From the NCBI GenBank assembly GCA_028826165.1, contig JAPDFW010000085.1, positions 186,001 to 250,000 on the forward strand: a DNA stretch of 64,000 nt, in the 5' to 3' direction. Shown here piece by piece: positions 23,519-34,600 of this stretch. Numbering within the stretch: the stretch's first letter is position 1; the number at the start of each line of letters is the position of its first letter. Origin of the DNA: Anaeramoeba ignava BMAN. Its lineage: Eukaryota > Protista > Anaeramoebae. The position numbers were made by a program, and so were the translations under genes. The notes under the pieces are model-generated. The model did not search any database. It worked only from the letters and a program-made list of their open reading frames with translations, and was not told the origin of the DNA.

Positions 23519-25225
23519 ATGAAAAGTGATATATGGGTTTGGGGTGAAAATCGAGGACTTCCACTGCCGAAAATAAAACCGGATCAAAAAATAGATTTGC
23601 AAACACCATTCCACAGCGAAATAGAAGAAGGACAGCGAATAGCAAATATAACATCAGGGAATTTTGCAACGGTCATAATAACAAGCGAAGGAGCAGCAAT
23701 AGAACTTCGCGGAGCAAAGGAGCATGAGTATCTGCCAATAGAAAACATAACGAAATCATCAGTCGGATTCAGTCTTTTTGGGGTTTTAACGAGCAAAGGT
23801 GAAGTTTATGGAAAAGGGCCTTATATCAGCGAGAAAGAACCCGACAAACTGCAATTTGTTTGGGATCCGGTTTCGCGGAATGAGTGCATTATCGATATTG
23901 TCTGCGGTGTGTACCAGCTGTACATGCTCACTGAGAACGGAGATGCATACGGCTTGGGTAGTAATTCCTATAAGCAGCTCAATTCCAAGGACGCCGACCG
24001 CATAAACACCCCTGTTCTTATTAAAAACGGAGTCAAGAAAATATTCTCAGGAAATTATGCATATTCAGCGTTTTTTTTAACATCAAATAACGAGCTTTTT
24101 GCATGCGGAAAAAATGCGGACGGAACTTTGGGAATCAATTCGGAATCAAACCAGTTATTTATGACAAAAGTGGATTACGTTCCCGATGGCACTATCGAGA
24201 ACATCGTCACCGGATTCCAGCACTCTATCATGCTGATCCGCCAAAAAAACGGTCTTGGTCAGGTCTACACTTGCGGATATGCCGATTACAACGGTCTTGG
24301 TGAGGAAAATGAAACGCGCATTTTTCGCCAGATCAAGTTCTTCGAAAACGAAAACGTGATCCAAATCGATGTCGGTTGCTTCCACACAATGATCCTTACC
24401 GAAAGCAACAAGCTTTTCATGTTTGGATTGAATTCTGACGGGCAATTAGGGACAGGCATTTCGGGAAAAAAAACGGCTCCGTGCCAAATAATTATTCCAC
24501 AGCTGTCGGACTGTCTCAGCAACTACACTGTCTGTGCTGGCTCGTTCAACTCTTTTCTCTATTATTCTCCAAACTCCAATTTGTGCTCAGATTTGCTCGA
24601 GTTCTTCCACAATGGCGAGGGCTGTGATATCGAGCTTACCACCCGAAACGGCAAAATTTCTGCGCATAAAAATATCTTGAAATATCGATTAAAAGAAAAA
24701 AATTTACAACGTTTCCAAAACTTACTTTTACAGAAATCCACGAATGAAGCGAACGAGATTATGGAGTTTATTTATGGCGGAAATCAGCTCCGTTCAGACC
24801 TATTTAATCAACTAATGCAAATCAAGTGTTTTGGCGATCGCAACTTAACTTTCCAAGTTACAGAAGCGATGACAAAAATGAGTCTCGACGATTCAACAAA
24901 GGATTTTGTGATCAAGACCCAAAACAAGAATTTCCGTGTGCACAAGACCATTCTTTGGGCAAGGAGCCAGCTTTTCAGAGGAATGTTTGTTAGTGTGCAG
25001 GATTCCACTAATGAGGTTACTGATTATAGTCGCATTTCCGATCTTGCTTTTGAAATTTTTATTCAATATTTATATACTGATGAAATTAATCCTTCTTTTA
25101 ATTCTCAAATTAATGAAAAAATTTTTAGAGATTTGGAAAAGGCTTCTGATTTTTTTCAACTTAATGAAACTGCTCCAAATCTTGTTACAAAAGCAAAATC
25201 TATTTTGAATAAAAGAAAAGTTTAA
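23519..25225 (+). CDS. RCC1-repeat plus tandem BTB/POZ protein, intronless
   Basis: Starts MKSDIWVWGEN; RCC1 repeats (GSNSYKQL, CGKNADGTLG, GLNSDGQLG); BTB motifs CDIEL...ISAHKNIL and KDFVIK...VHKTILWARSQLFRGMF. Confidence 0.92.
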   Translation: MKSDIWVWGENRGLPLPKIKPDQKIDLQTPFHSEIEEGQRIANITSGNFATVIITSEGAAIELRGAKEHEYLPIENITKSSVGFSLFGVLTSKGEVYGKGPYISEKEPDKLQFVWDPVSRNECIIDIVCGVYQLYMLTENGDAYGLGSNSYKQLNSKDADRINTPVLIKNGVKKIFSGNYAYSAFFLTSNNELFACGKNADGTLGINSESNQLFMTKVDYVPDGTIENIVTGFQHSIMLIRQKNGLGQVYTCGYADYNGLGEENETRIFRQIKFFENENVIQIDVGCFHTMILTESNKLFMFGLNSDGQLGTGISGKKTAPCQIIIPQLSDCLSNYTVCAGSFNSFLYYSPNSNLCSDLLEFFHNGEGCDIELTTRNGKISAHKNILKYRLKEKNLQRFQNLLLQKSTNEANEIMEFIYGGNQLRSDLFNQLMQIKCFGDRNLTFQVTEAMTKMSLDDSTKDFVIKTQNKNFRVHKTILWARSQLFRGMFVSVQDSTNEVTDYSRISDLAFEIFIQYLYTDEINPSFNSQINEKIFRDLEKASDFFQLNETAPNLVTKAKSILNKRKV

Positions 25226-25279
25226 AAAAAGCAAATTTTTTTATAAAAAGTTTATTTACAAATTCAAAGATAAAACATT

Positions 25280-26890
25280 TAAATTAATTAATTATTAAAT
25301 TTATTATTAAATTGATTATTAAATTGATTATTAAATTGATTTAGAATTGATTATTAAATTAATTATTAAATTGATTATTAAATTAATTATTAAATTAATT
25401 ATTAAATTGATTATTAAATTGATTATTAAATTGATTATTAAATTGATTATTAAATTGATTATTAAATTGATTTAAATTGATTATTAAATTAATTATTAAA
25501 TTAATTATTAAATTGATTATTAAATTGATTATTAAATTGATTATTAAATTGATTATTAAATTTATTATTAAATTGATTATTAAATTAATTTAAAATTGAT
25601 TTGGAATTGATTTAAATTGATTATTAAATTGATTGTTTTTTTAAATTTATTTTGAATTGATTATTAAATTGATTATTAAATTGATTATTAAATTGATTAT
25701 TAAATTGATTATTAAATTAATTATTAAATTGATTATTAAATTGATTAAATTAAATTTATTATTAAATTGATTATTAAATTGAAATTAAATTGATTTAGAA
25801 TTAATTATTAAATTTATTATTAAATTAATTATTTATTAAATTGATTATTAAATTGATTTTAAATTGATTATTAAATTGATTATTAAATTGAGATTATTAA
25901 ATTTATTATTAAAATTGATTATTAAATTGATTATTAAATTGATTATTAAATTGATTATTAAATTGATTATTAAATTAATTATTAAATTAATTATTAAATT
26001 AATTATTAAATTGATTATTAAATTAATTATTAAAATTTTAAATTGATTAAATTATTATTAAAATTGATTATTAAAATTATTATTAAATTGATTATTAAAT
26101 TATTTAAATTGATTATTAAATTTATTATTAAATTGATTATTAAATTTATTAAATTAAATTTATTAAATTTTGATTATTAAATTGATTATTAAATTTATTA
26201 AATTGATTATTAAATTGATTATTAAATTGATTATTAAATTGATTAATTATTAAATTTATTATTAAAAATTTTTAAATTGATTATTAAATTAATTATTAAA
26301 TTGATTATTAAATTTATTATTAAATTGATTATTAAATTAAATTGATTATTAAATTGATTATTAAATTGATTATTAAATTAATTATTAAAATTATTAAATT
26401 GATTATTAAATTGATTATTAAATTAATTATTAAATTAATTATTAAATTTATTATTAAATTTATTATTATTAAATTATTAAATTATTAAATTGATTATTAA
26501 ATTGATTATTAAATTGATTTATTAAATTGATTTAATTATTAAATTGATTATTAAATTTATTATTAAATTTATTATTAAATTTATTATTAAATTTAATTAT
26601 TATTAAATTTATTATTAAATTGATTATTAAATTGATTATTAAAATTTAATTATTATTAAATTGATTATTAATTATTTTATTAAATTGATTATTATTAAAT
26701 TGATTATTAAATTGATTATTAAATTGATTATTAAATTGATTATTAAATTGATTATTATTAAATTGATTATTAAATTGATTATTAAATTAAATTGATTTAA
26801 ATTGATTATTAAATTGATTATTAAATTGATTATTAAATTGATTATTAAATTGATTATTAAATTGATTATTAAATTGATTATTAAATTGAT
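25280..26890. repeat. Intergenic 12-bp satellite AAATTGATTATT
   Basis: Tandem array downstream of ML gene copy 1. Confidence 0.92.
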
Positions 26891-26927
26891 TTGGAATTGA
26901 TTTGTGAAGAAATTTAGAAATTGATAG

Positions 26928-26958
<31 letters not shown>

Positions 26959-27271
26959 AGGAAATTTTGATATTAATAAGATTAATAAAGAATAATTTAT
27001 TTATTCTTATTTTAATTAAAAAAAGAAGGAAAAATTGTTTTAAATTAATTTTTTCTTTCTTTAAAAATTTGTTATTTGTTATTCATCTTTTAAAAAAACA
27101 AAATTAAAAATAAAAAAATTTAAATTGAAAATTTGTTGTTTGAAAGAAAGAATTGAATCACTTCAAACCTTTTTCATTGAATATCAAAGTAAAATTAGAA
27201 AAATTGAAAAGAAAAAAGAAATCAAATTATGTTGTTTTGAAAAAGTAAATTAAAAGTAAATTAAAAGGAAT

Positions 27272-27679
27272 TTATAAATTCAAAGCGAATGAAACGCAAC
27301 CAATTTCATCTGAATCTTGGTCAGTCAAAACGATTTGTCCAGTATAATTACCACTTGGAATACTAGAAGGAATAGTTGCAGTGTATTTGAAGTCAGCATT
27401 AGGATTAGAATCAATGGGGCAAGTAGTCAACTCACAAATGTTTTTGGTTTCATCAAGAAGTTTAATTCCGTTATAAGAGATTGTCAAATGAGCTGTTCCT
27501 CCAGTAATTGTTTTGTTAAGGTTTCCTTGAATATCTGCTGTAACTGGTTGTCCTTTAACTGGTGGATCTGGTGTGATAACTACATTGGAAATTTTGAAAT
27601 CATCATCTGGTTTTGAGCAATCACTCCAAATATTTGCAAATGCTGCAACAATAAGAAGGAATAAAAGAATAAGTTTCAT
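27272..27679 (-). CDS. ML-domain (NPC2 / PG-PI transfer protein-like) lipid-binding protein, copy 1
   Basis: Signal peptide, WSDCS, ITPDPPVKG, NIC..TCPI, IPSSIPSGNY, EIGCV. Confidence 0.92.
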   Translation of the reverse strand: MKLILLFLLIVAAFANIWSDCSKPDDDFKISNVVITPDPPVKGQPVTADIQGNLNKTITGGTAHLTISYNGIKLLDETKNICELTTCPIDSNPNADFKYTATIPSSIPSGNYTGQIVLTDQDSDEIGCVSFALNL

Positions 27680-27849
27680 TCTATTTATTTTTATTTTATT
27701 TCATTAAATTAAATCATTTTTTTAATAGGATTTTTTACATACTTTTAATTTTAACTTTTTTAAAAAAAGAAAAATGATTTTAAAAAAAATAAAAAAAAAA
27801 CAATTTTAATTTCTTCTTTTTTGTAATTTTCTGTTCCAAAAATTTATTC

Positions 27850-28665
27850 TTAAATTGATTATTAAAATTATTATTAAATTGATTATTAAATTGATTATTA
27901 AATTGATTATTAAATTTATTATTAAATTGATTATTAAATTGATTATTAAATTGATTATTAAATTTATTATTAAATTTATTATTAAATTTATTATTAAATT
28001 TATTATTAAATTTATTATTAAATTAATTATTAAATTGATTTGGAATTGATTATTAAATTGATTATTAAATTGATTATTAAATTGATTATTAAATTGATTA
28101 TTAAATTGATTATTAAATTGATTATTAAATTGATTATTAAATTTATTATTAAATTGATTATTAAATTTATTATTAAATTGATTATTAAATTGATTATTGA
28201 TTATTAAATTTATTATTAAATTTATTATTAAATTGATTATTAAATTGATTATTAAATTGATTATTAAAATTTATTATTAAAATTATTTGGAATTGATTAT
28301 TATTAAATTGATTATTAAATTTATTATTAAAATTATTATTAAATTTATTATTAAATTGATTTGGAATTGATTATTAAATTGATTATTAAATTGATTATTA
28401 AATTTATTATTAAATTATTAAATTTATTATTAAATTTATTATTATTAAATTTATTATTAAATTTATTATTAAATTGATTATTAAATTTATTATTAAATTA
28501 ATTATTAAATTGATTATAGAATTGATTATTAAATTTATTATTAAATTGATTATTAAATTTATTATTAAATTGATTATTAAATTGATTTAGAATTGATTAT
28601 TAAATTGATTTAGAATTGATTATTAAATTTATTATTAAATTGATTATTAAATTGATTTGGAATTG
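27850..28665. repeat. Second copy of the AAATTGATTATT 12-bp satellite
   Basis: Same unit and the same adjacent unique sequence as 25280-26890. Confidence 0.92.
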
Positions 28666-29099
28666 ATTTGTGAAGAAATTTAGAAATTGATAGATTTTTG
28701 TTTTGTTTTGTTTTTGTTTTGTTTTGTTTTAGGAAATTTTGATATTAATAAGATTTAATAAAGAATAATTTATTTATTCTTATTTTAATTAAAAAAAGAA
28801 AGGAAAAATTGTTTTAAATTAATTTTTCTTTCTTTAAAAATTTGTTATTTGTTATTCATCTTTTAAAAAAAACAAAATTTAAAAAATAAAAAAATTTAAA
28901 TTGAAAATTTGTTGTTTGAAAGAAAGAAATTGAATCACTTCAAACCTTTTTCATTGAATATCAAAGTAAAATTGAAAAAAAAAAAGAAAATCAATTTGTG
29001 TTGTTTTGAAAAAGCAAAAAAAAAGCAAAAAAAAATTAAAAAGGGAAATTAAAAAGGGAAATTAAAAAGGGAAATTAAAAAGGGAAATTGAAAAGGGAA

Positions 29100-29525
29100 T
29101 TATTCTTTTAAATCCAAATTGAATTTAACGCAAGCAATTTCAGTTCCATCTTGGTCAGTCAAAACAACTTGTCCAGTATATGTACCACTTGGAGCATAAG
29201 AAGGAATAGTAACAGTGTCTTTTAAGGTGAAATTAGGATTAGCTGGAATTGGGCACTTAACTTCATCAGGATCAATGGTGCAAATATCTTTGGTTTCATC
29301 AAGAAGTTTAATTCCATTCAAAGAGACTGTTAAATGAGCTGTTCCTCCAGTAATTGTTTTTTGAAGATTTCCTGTAATGGCTGCTGTAACTGGGGATCCT
29401 TTAACTGGTGGATCTGGGTTGATAGATACACTGGTAATTTTGAAATCATCACCTGCTTTTGAGCAATCAGTCCAAATATCTGCAAATGCTGCAACAATAA
29501 GAAGGAAAAAAAGAATAACTTTCAT
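29100..29525 (-). CDS. ML-domain (NPC2-like) protein, copy 2
   Basis: Paralogue of copy 1 with the same four cysteines. Confidence 0.92.
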   Translation of the reverse strand: MKVILFFLLIVAAFADIWTDCSKAGDDFKITSVSINPDPPVKGSPVTAAITGNLQKTITGGTAHLTVSLNGIKLLDETKDICTIDPDEVKCPIPANPNFTLKDTVTIPSYAPSGTYTGQVVLTDQDGTEIACVKFNLDLKE

Positions 29526-29723
29526 TCTATTTATTTTATTTAAATTTAATTAAATTAAAAAAAATTTTTTTTTTGTTTTATTGTTTTTTTTATTTACTTT
29601 TAATTTTAACTTTTTTTTAAAAAGAAAAATGATCTTTTAAAAATAAAAAAAAAAGCAATTTTTAAATAAATTTTTACACGTGTTCTGTATTAAATAATAA
29701 TTTTTATTCTTTTTTACCTTCCC

Positions 29724-30142
29724 AAATTAAATTAAATTAAATTACAAACTAAATTAAATTAAATTAAATTAAATTACAAACTAAATTAAATTAAATTAAA
29801 TTAAATTAAATTAAATTAAATTAAATTAAATTAAATTAAATTAAATTACAAACTAAATTACAAACTAAATTAAATTACAAATTAAATTAAATTAAACTAA
29901 ATTAAATTAAACTAAATTAAATTAAATTAAATTAAATTAAATTAAATTAAATTAAAATACAAACTAAATTAAATTAAATTAAATTAAATTAAATTACAAA
30001 CTAAATTAAATTAAATTAAATTAAATTAAATTAAATTAAATTACAAACTAAATTAAATTAAACTAAATTAAATTAAATTAAATTAAATTAAATTAAATTA
30101 AATTAAATTAAATTAAATTAAATTAAACTAAATTAAATTAAA
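29724..30142. repeat. (AAATT)n pentamer microsatellite with ACAAACT variants
   Basis: Direct inspection. Confidence 0.9.
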
Positions 30143-30234
30143 ACTTTTTCAAATTGTTAGCAAAGAAAGGATTCTTTAATAGTTCCAAAAAAAACAAAGA
30201 AACAAACCAACTTTTTAATTAACTTGAAATACTA

Positions 30235-30472
30235 AATTCATTTTAATTGAGCAAATTTGTAAATCATCCAAAATCTTTAAAAAATTCATTTTAATTGAGC
30301 AAATTTGTAAATCATCCAAAATCTTTAAAACATTCATTTTAATTGAGCAAATTTGTAAATCATTCAAAATCTTTAAAAATTCATTTTAATTGAACAAATT
30401 TGTAAATCATCCAAAATCTTTAAAACATTCATTTTAATTGAACAAATTTGTAAATCATCCAAAATCTTTAAA
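30235..30472. repeat. Five tandem copies of a 47-48-bp unit TTCATTTTAATTGAGCAAATTTGTAAATCATCCAAAATCTTTAAAA
   Basis: TTCA anchors at 30237, 30285, 30333, 30380, 30428; no spacers. Confidence 0.92.
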
Positions 30473-30906
30473 GATCATTTTCCCTTAATATAGAAGTTAA
30501 TTTTTTGGGAGTATATTTAAACTATTCTTGAATATTCCCCTTTTTTTTTGAAGATGATTAAATTATAAGAGAAGAAAAGATTATTAAAATTTGCTTTTAA
30601 TTTGGATCAGGAAATTCTTAAAGAAAAAAAAAAATTTTTTTCACATTTTTATTTTAATTGATCTTTTGCTTATCGAATTTGTTTTTTTATTATTTTTTTT
30701 TTATTAAAAAAATTAAAAAATTTTAAATTGAAATTTGTTGTTTGAAAGAAATTCAATCACTTCAAACCTTTTTCATTGGATCTCAAAGTAAAAAGCAAAT
30801 TAGAAAGAAAAAAAAAGAAAAAAAAAGAGAATTTGAGTTGTTTTGAAAAAGCAAAAAAAAAAAAGAGGAAAATTAAAAGTAAATCAAAAAGAAATTAGGA
30901 AGGAAT

Positions 30907-31323
30907 TTATAAGTTCAAATCGAATTTAACGCAAACAATTTCTTTTCCATCTTGGTCTTTCATAACAGCTTGTCCGGTATATTTACCACTTGGAACATAA
31001 GAAGGAATAGTTTCAGTGAATTTCAAGTCAACACTAGGATTAGCATTAATAGGGCAAGGTAAATCAGGATCAATGGTGCAAATATCTTTGGTAATGTCAA
31101 GAAGTTTAATTCCGTTATAATAAACCATCAACTCAGCTGTTCCTCCAGTGATTGTTTTGCTAAGTGCTCCTTTGATTTCGGCTGTCATTGGTTGTCCTTT
31201 AACTGGTGGATTTGGTGTGATAACTACGTCGGTAATTTTGAAATCATCACCTGCTTGTGAGCAATCAGTCCAAATATCTGCAAATGCTGCAACAATAAGA
31301 AGGAAAAAAAGAATAACTTTCAT
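30907..31323 (-). CDS. ML-domain (NPC2-like) protein, copy 3
   Basis: The start MKVILFFLL at 31323 is assigned by alignment with the other two copies. Confidence 0.92.
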   Translation of the reverse strand: MKVILFFLLIVAAFADIWTDCSQAGDDFKITDVVITPNPPVKGQPMTAEIKGALSKTITGGTAELMVYYNGIKLLDITKDICTIDPDLPCPINANPSVDLKFTETIPSYVPSGKYTGQAVMKDQDGKEIVCVKFDLNL

Positions 31324-31694
31324 TCTATTTATTTTTATTTTCAATTAAATTTAATTAAAAAAATTTTTTTTCTTAAATTTTTCTTTTTTTTATTTACTTT
31401 TAATTTTAACTTTTTTTAAAAAAGAAAAATGATCTTTTTAAAAATAAAAAAAAAAGCAATTTTTAAATAAATTTCTTACACGTGTTTTATTTTGTTTATT
31501 AATTATTTTTTATTATTTTTTACCTGCAAAGTTAAATTAAATTAAATAATTAAAAACTTCTTTAAAATAAACTTAATTTTGTATTTGATCTTCCTTATTA
31601 AAAATTAACAAAAAAATAATTTAAAATAATTTTTATTAAAATTTATTTACAAAAGAAAAATAATGGAAAAAAAAAATTTTTCGATACTTGAAAA

Positions 31695-34600
31695 AAATTA
31701 AAACTTGTTTAATTTAATATAAGTAATAAAATAATATCTATATTCAATTTTAAATCAATTTATAATTAAATTATTAATTATTTTTATTTAATTTTATTAT
31801 TAAAATATTAATTAAAAATATTTATTAATAAAAATAAAAAATTAAAATATATTTAATTTAATATAAGTAATAAATTTATATCTATATTCAATTTCAAATT
31901 AATTTATAATTAAATTATTAATTATTTTAATTTAATTTTATTATTAAAATATTAATTAAAAATATTTATTAATAAAAATAAAAATTAAAACATATTTAAT
32001 TTAATATAAGTAATAAATTTATATCTATATCTAATTTTAAATTAATTTATAATTAAATTATTAATTATTTTAATTTAATTTTCTTATTAAAATATTAATT
32101 AAAAATATTTATTAATAAAAAATAAAAAATTAAAACATATTTAATTTAATATAAGTAATGAATTTATATTTATATTCAATTTTGAATCAATTTATAATTA
32201 AATTATTAATTATTCTAATTTAATTTTCTTATTAAAATATTAATTAAAAATAATTATTAATAAAAAATAAAAAATAAAAACATATTTAATTTAATATAAG
32301 TAATGAATTTATATCTATATCTAATTTTAAATTAATTTATAATTAAATTATTAATTATTTTAATTTAATTTTATTATTAAAATATTAATTAAAAATAATT
32401 ATTAATAAAAATAAAAATTAAAACATATTTAAATTAATATAAGTAATAAATTTATATTTATATTCAATTTTAAATTAATTTATAATTAAATTATTAATTA
32501 TTTTAATTTAATTTTATTATTAAAATATTAATTAAAAATATTTATTAATAAAAAATAAAAAATTAAAACATATTTAATTTAATATAAGTAATAAATTTAT
32601 ATCTATATTCAATTTTAAATCAATTTATAATTAAATTATTAATTATTTTAATTTAATTTTATTATTAAAATATTAATTAAAAATATTTATTAATAAAAAT
32701 AAAAATTAAAACATGTTTAATTTAATATAAGTAATGAATTTATATCTATATTCAATTTTAAATTAATTTATAATTAAATTATTAATTATTTTAATTTAAT
32801 TTTATTATTAAAATATTAATTAAAAATATTTATTAATAAAAAATAAAAAATTAAAACATATTTAATTTAATATAAGTAATAAATTAATATCTATATTCAA
32901 TTTTAAATTAATTTATAATTAAATTATTAATTATTTTAATTTAATTTTCTTATTAAAATATTAATTAAAAATAATTATTAATAAAAATAAAAATTAAAAC
33001 ATGTTTAATTTAATATAAGTAATGAAATAATATCTATATCCAATTTTAAATTAATTTATAATTAAATTATTAATTATTTTTATTTAATTTTATTATTAAA
33101 ATATTAATTAAAAATATTTATTAAATAAAAATAAAAATTAAAACATGTTTAATTTAATATAAGTAATAAAATAATATCTATATTCAATTTTAAATTAATT
33201 TATAATTAAATTATTAATTATTTTTATTTAATTTTATTATTAAAATATTAATTAAAAATATTTATTAAATAAAAATAAAAATTAAAACATGTTTAATTTA
33301 ATATAAGTAATGAATTTATATCTATATTCAATTTTAAATTAATTTATAATTAAATTATTAATTATTTTTATTTAATTTTATTATTAAAATATTAATTAAA
33401 AATATTTATTAATAAAAAATAAAAAAATTAAAACATATTTAATTTAATATAAGTAATAAATTTATATCTATATCTAATTTTAAATTAATTTATAATTAAA
33501 TTATTTATTATTTTAATTTAATTTTATTATTAAAATATTAATTAAAAATATTTATTAAATAAAAATAAAAATTAAAACATATTTAAATTAATATAAGTAA
33601 TGAATTTATATCTATATTCAATTTTAAATTAATTTATAATTAAATTATTAATTATTTTAATTTAATTTTATTATTAAAATATTAATTAAAAATATTTATT
33701 AAATAAAAATAAAAATTAAAAACATATTTAATTTAATATAAGTAATAAATTTATATCTATATCCAATTTTAAATCAATTTATAATTAAATTATTAATTAT
33801 TTTAATTTAATTTCCTTATTAAAATATTAATTAAAAATATTTATTAATTAAAAATAAAAATTAAAACATATTTAATTTAATATAAGTAATAAATTTATAT
33901 TTATATTTAATTTTAAATTAATTTATAATTAAATTATTAATTATTTTTTATTTAATTTTATTATTAAAATATTAATTAAAAATAATTATTAAATAAAAAT
34001 AAAAAATTAAAACATGTTTAATTTAATATAAGTAATAAAATTATATTTATATTCAATTTTAAATTAATTTATAATTAAATTATTAATTATTTTTATTTAA
34101 TTTTATTATTAAAATATTAATTAAAATAATTATAAATAAAAAATAAAAAATTAAAATATATTTAATTTAATATAAGTAATGAATTTATATCTATATTCAA
34201 TTTTAAATTAATTTATAATTAAATTATTAATTATTTTTATTTAATTTTATTATTAAAATATTAATTAAAAATATTTATTAATAAAAAATAAAAAATTAAA
34301 ACATATTTAATTTAATATAAGTAATAAAAATAATATCTATATTCAATTTTTAAATTAATTTATAATTAAATTATTAATTATTTTAATTTAATTTTTATTA
34401 TTAAAATATTAATTAAAAATAATTATTAATTAAAAATAAAAAAATTAAAACATATTTAAATTAATATAAGTAATGAATTTATATCTATATTCAATTTTAA
34501 ATTAATTTATAATTAAATTATTAATTATTTTTATTTAATTTTATTATTAAAATATTAATTAAAAATATTTATTAATTAAAAATAAAAATTAAAACATATT

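Noticed and set aside
23584-24522. Antisense and overlapping ORFs within the GC-rich genes (also 55391-59313)
   Set aside because: Expected shadow ORFs in GC-richer coding DNA; no recognisable motifs.
27121-27194. SECIS element in the ML-gene 3' UTRs
   Set aside because: The three CDSs have no in-frame TGA and end in TAA; the hairpin lacks convincing SECIS geometry.
30235-30472. CRISPR-like appearance of the 48-bp repeats
   Set aside because: The copies abut with no unique spacers, there are no cas genes and the context is eukaryotic.
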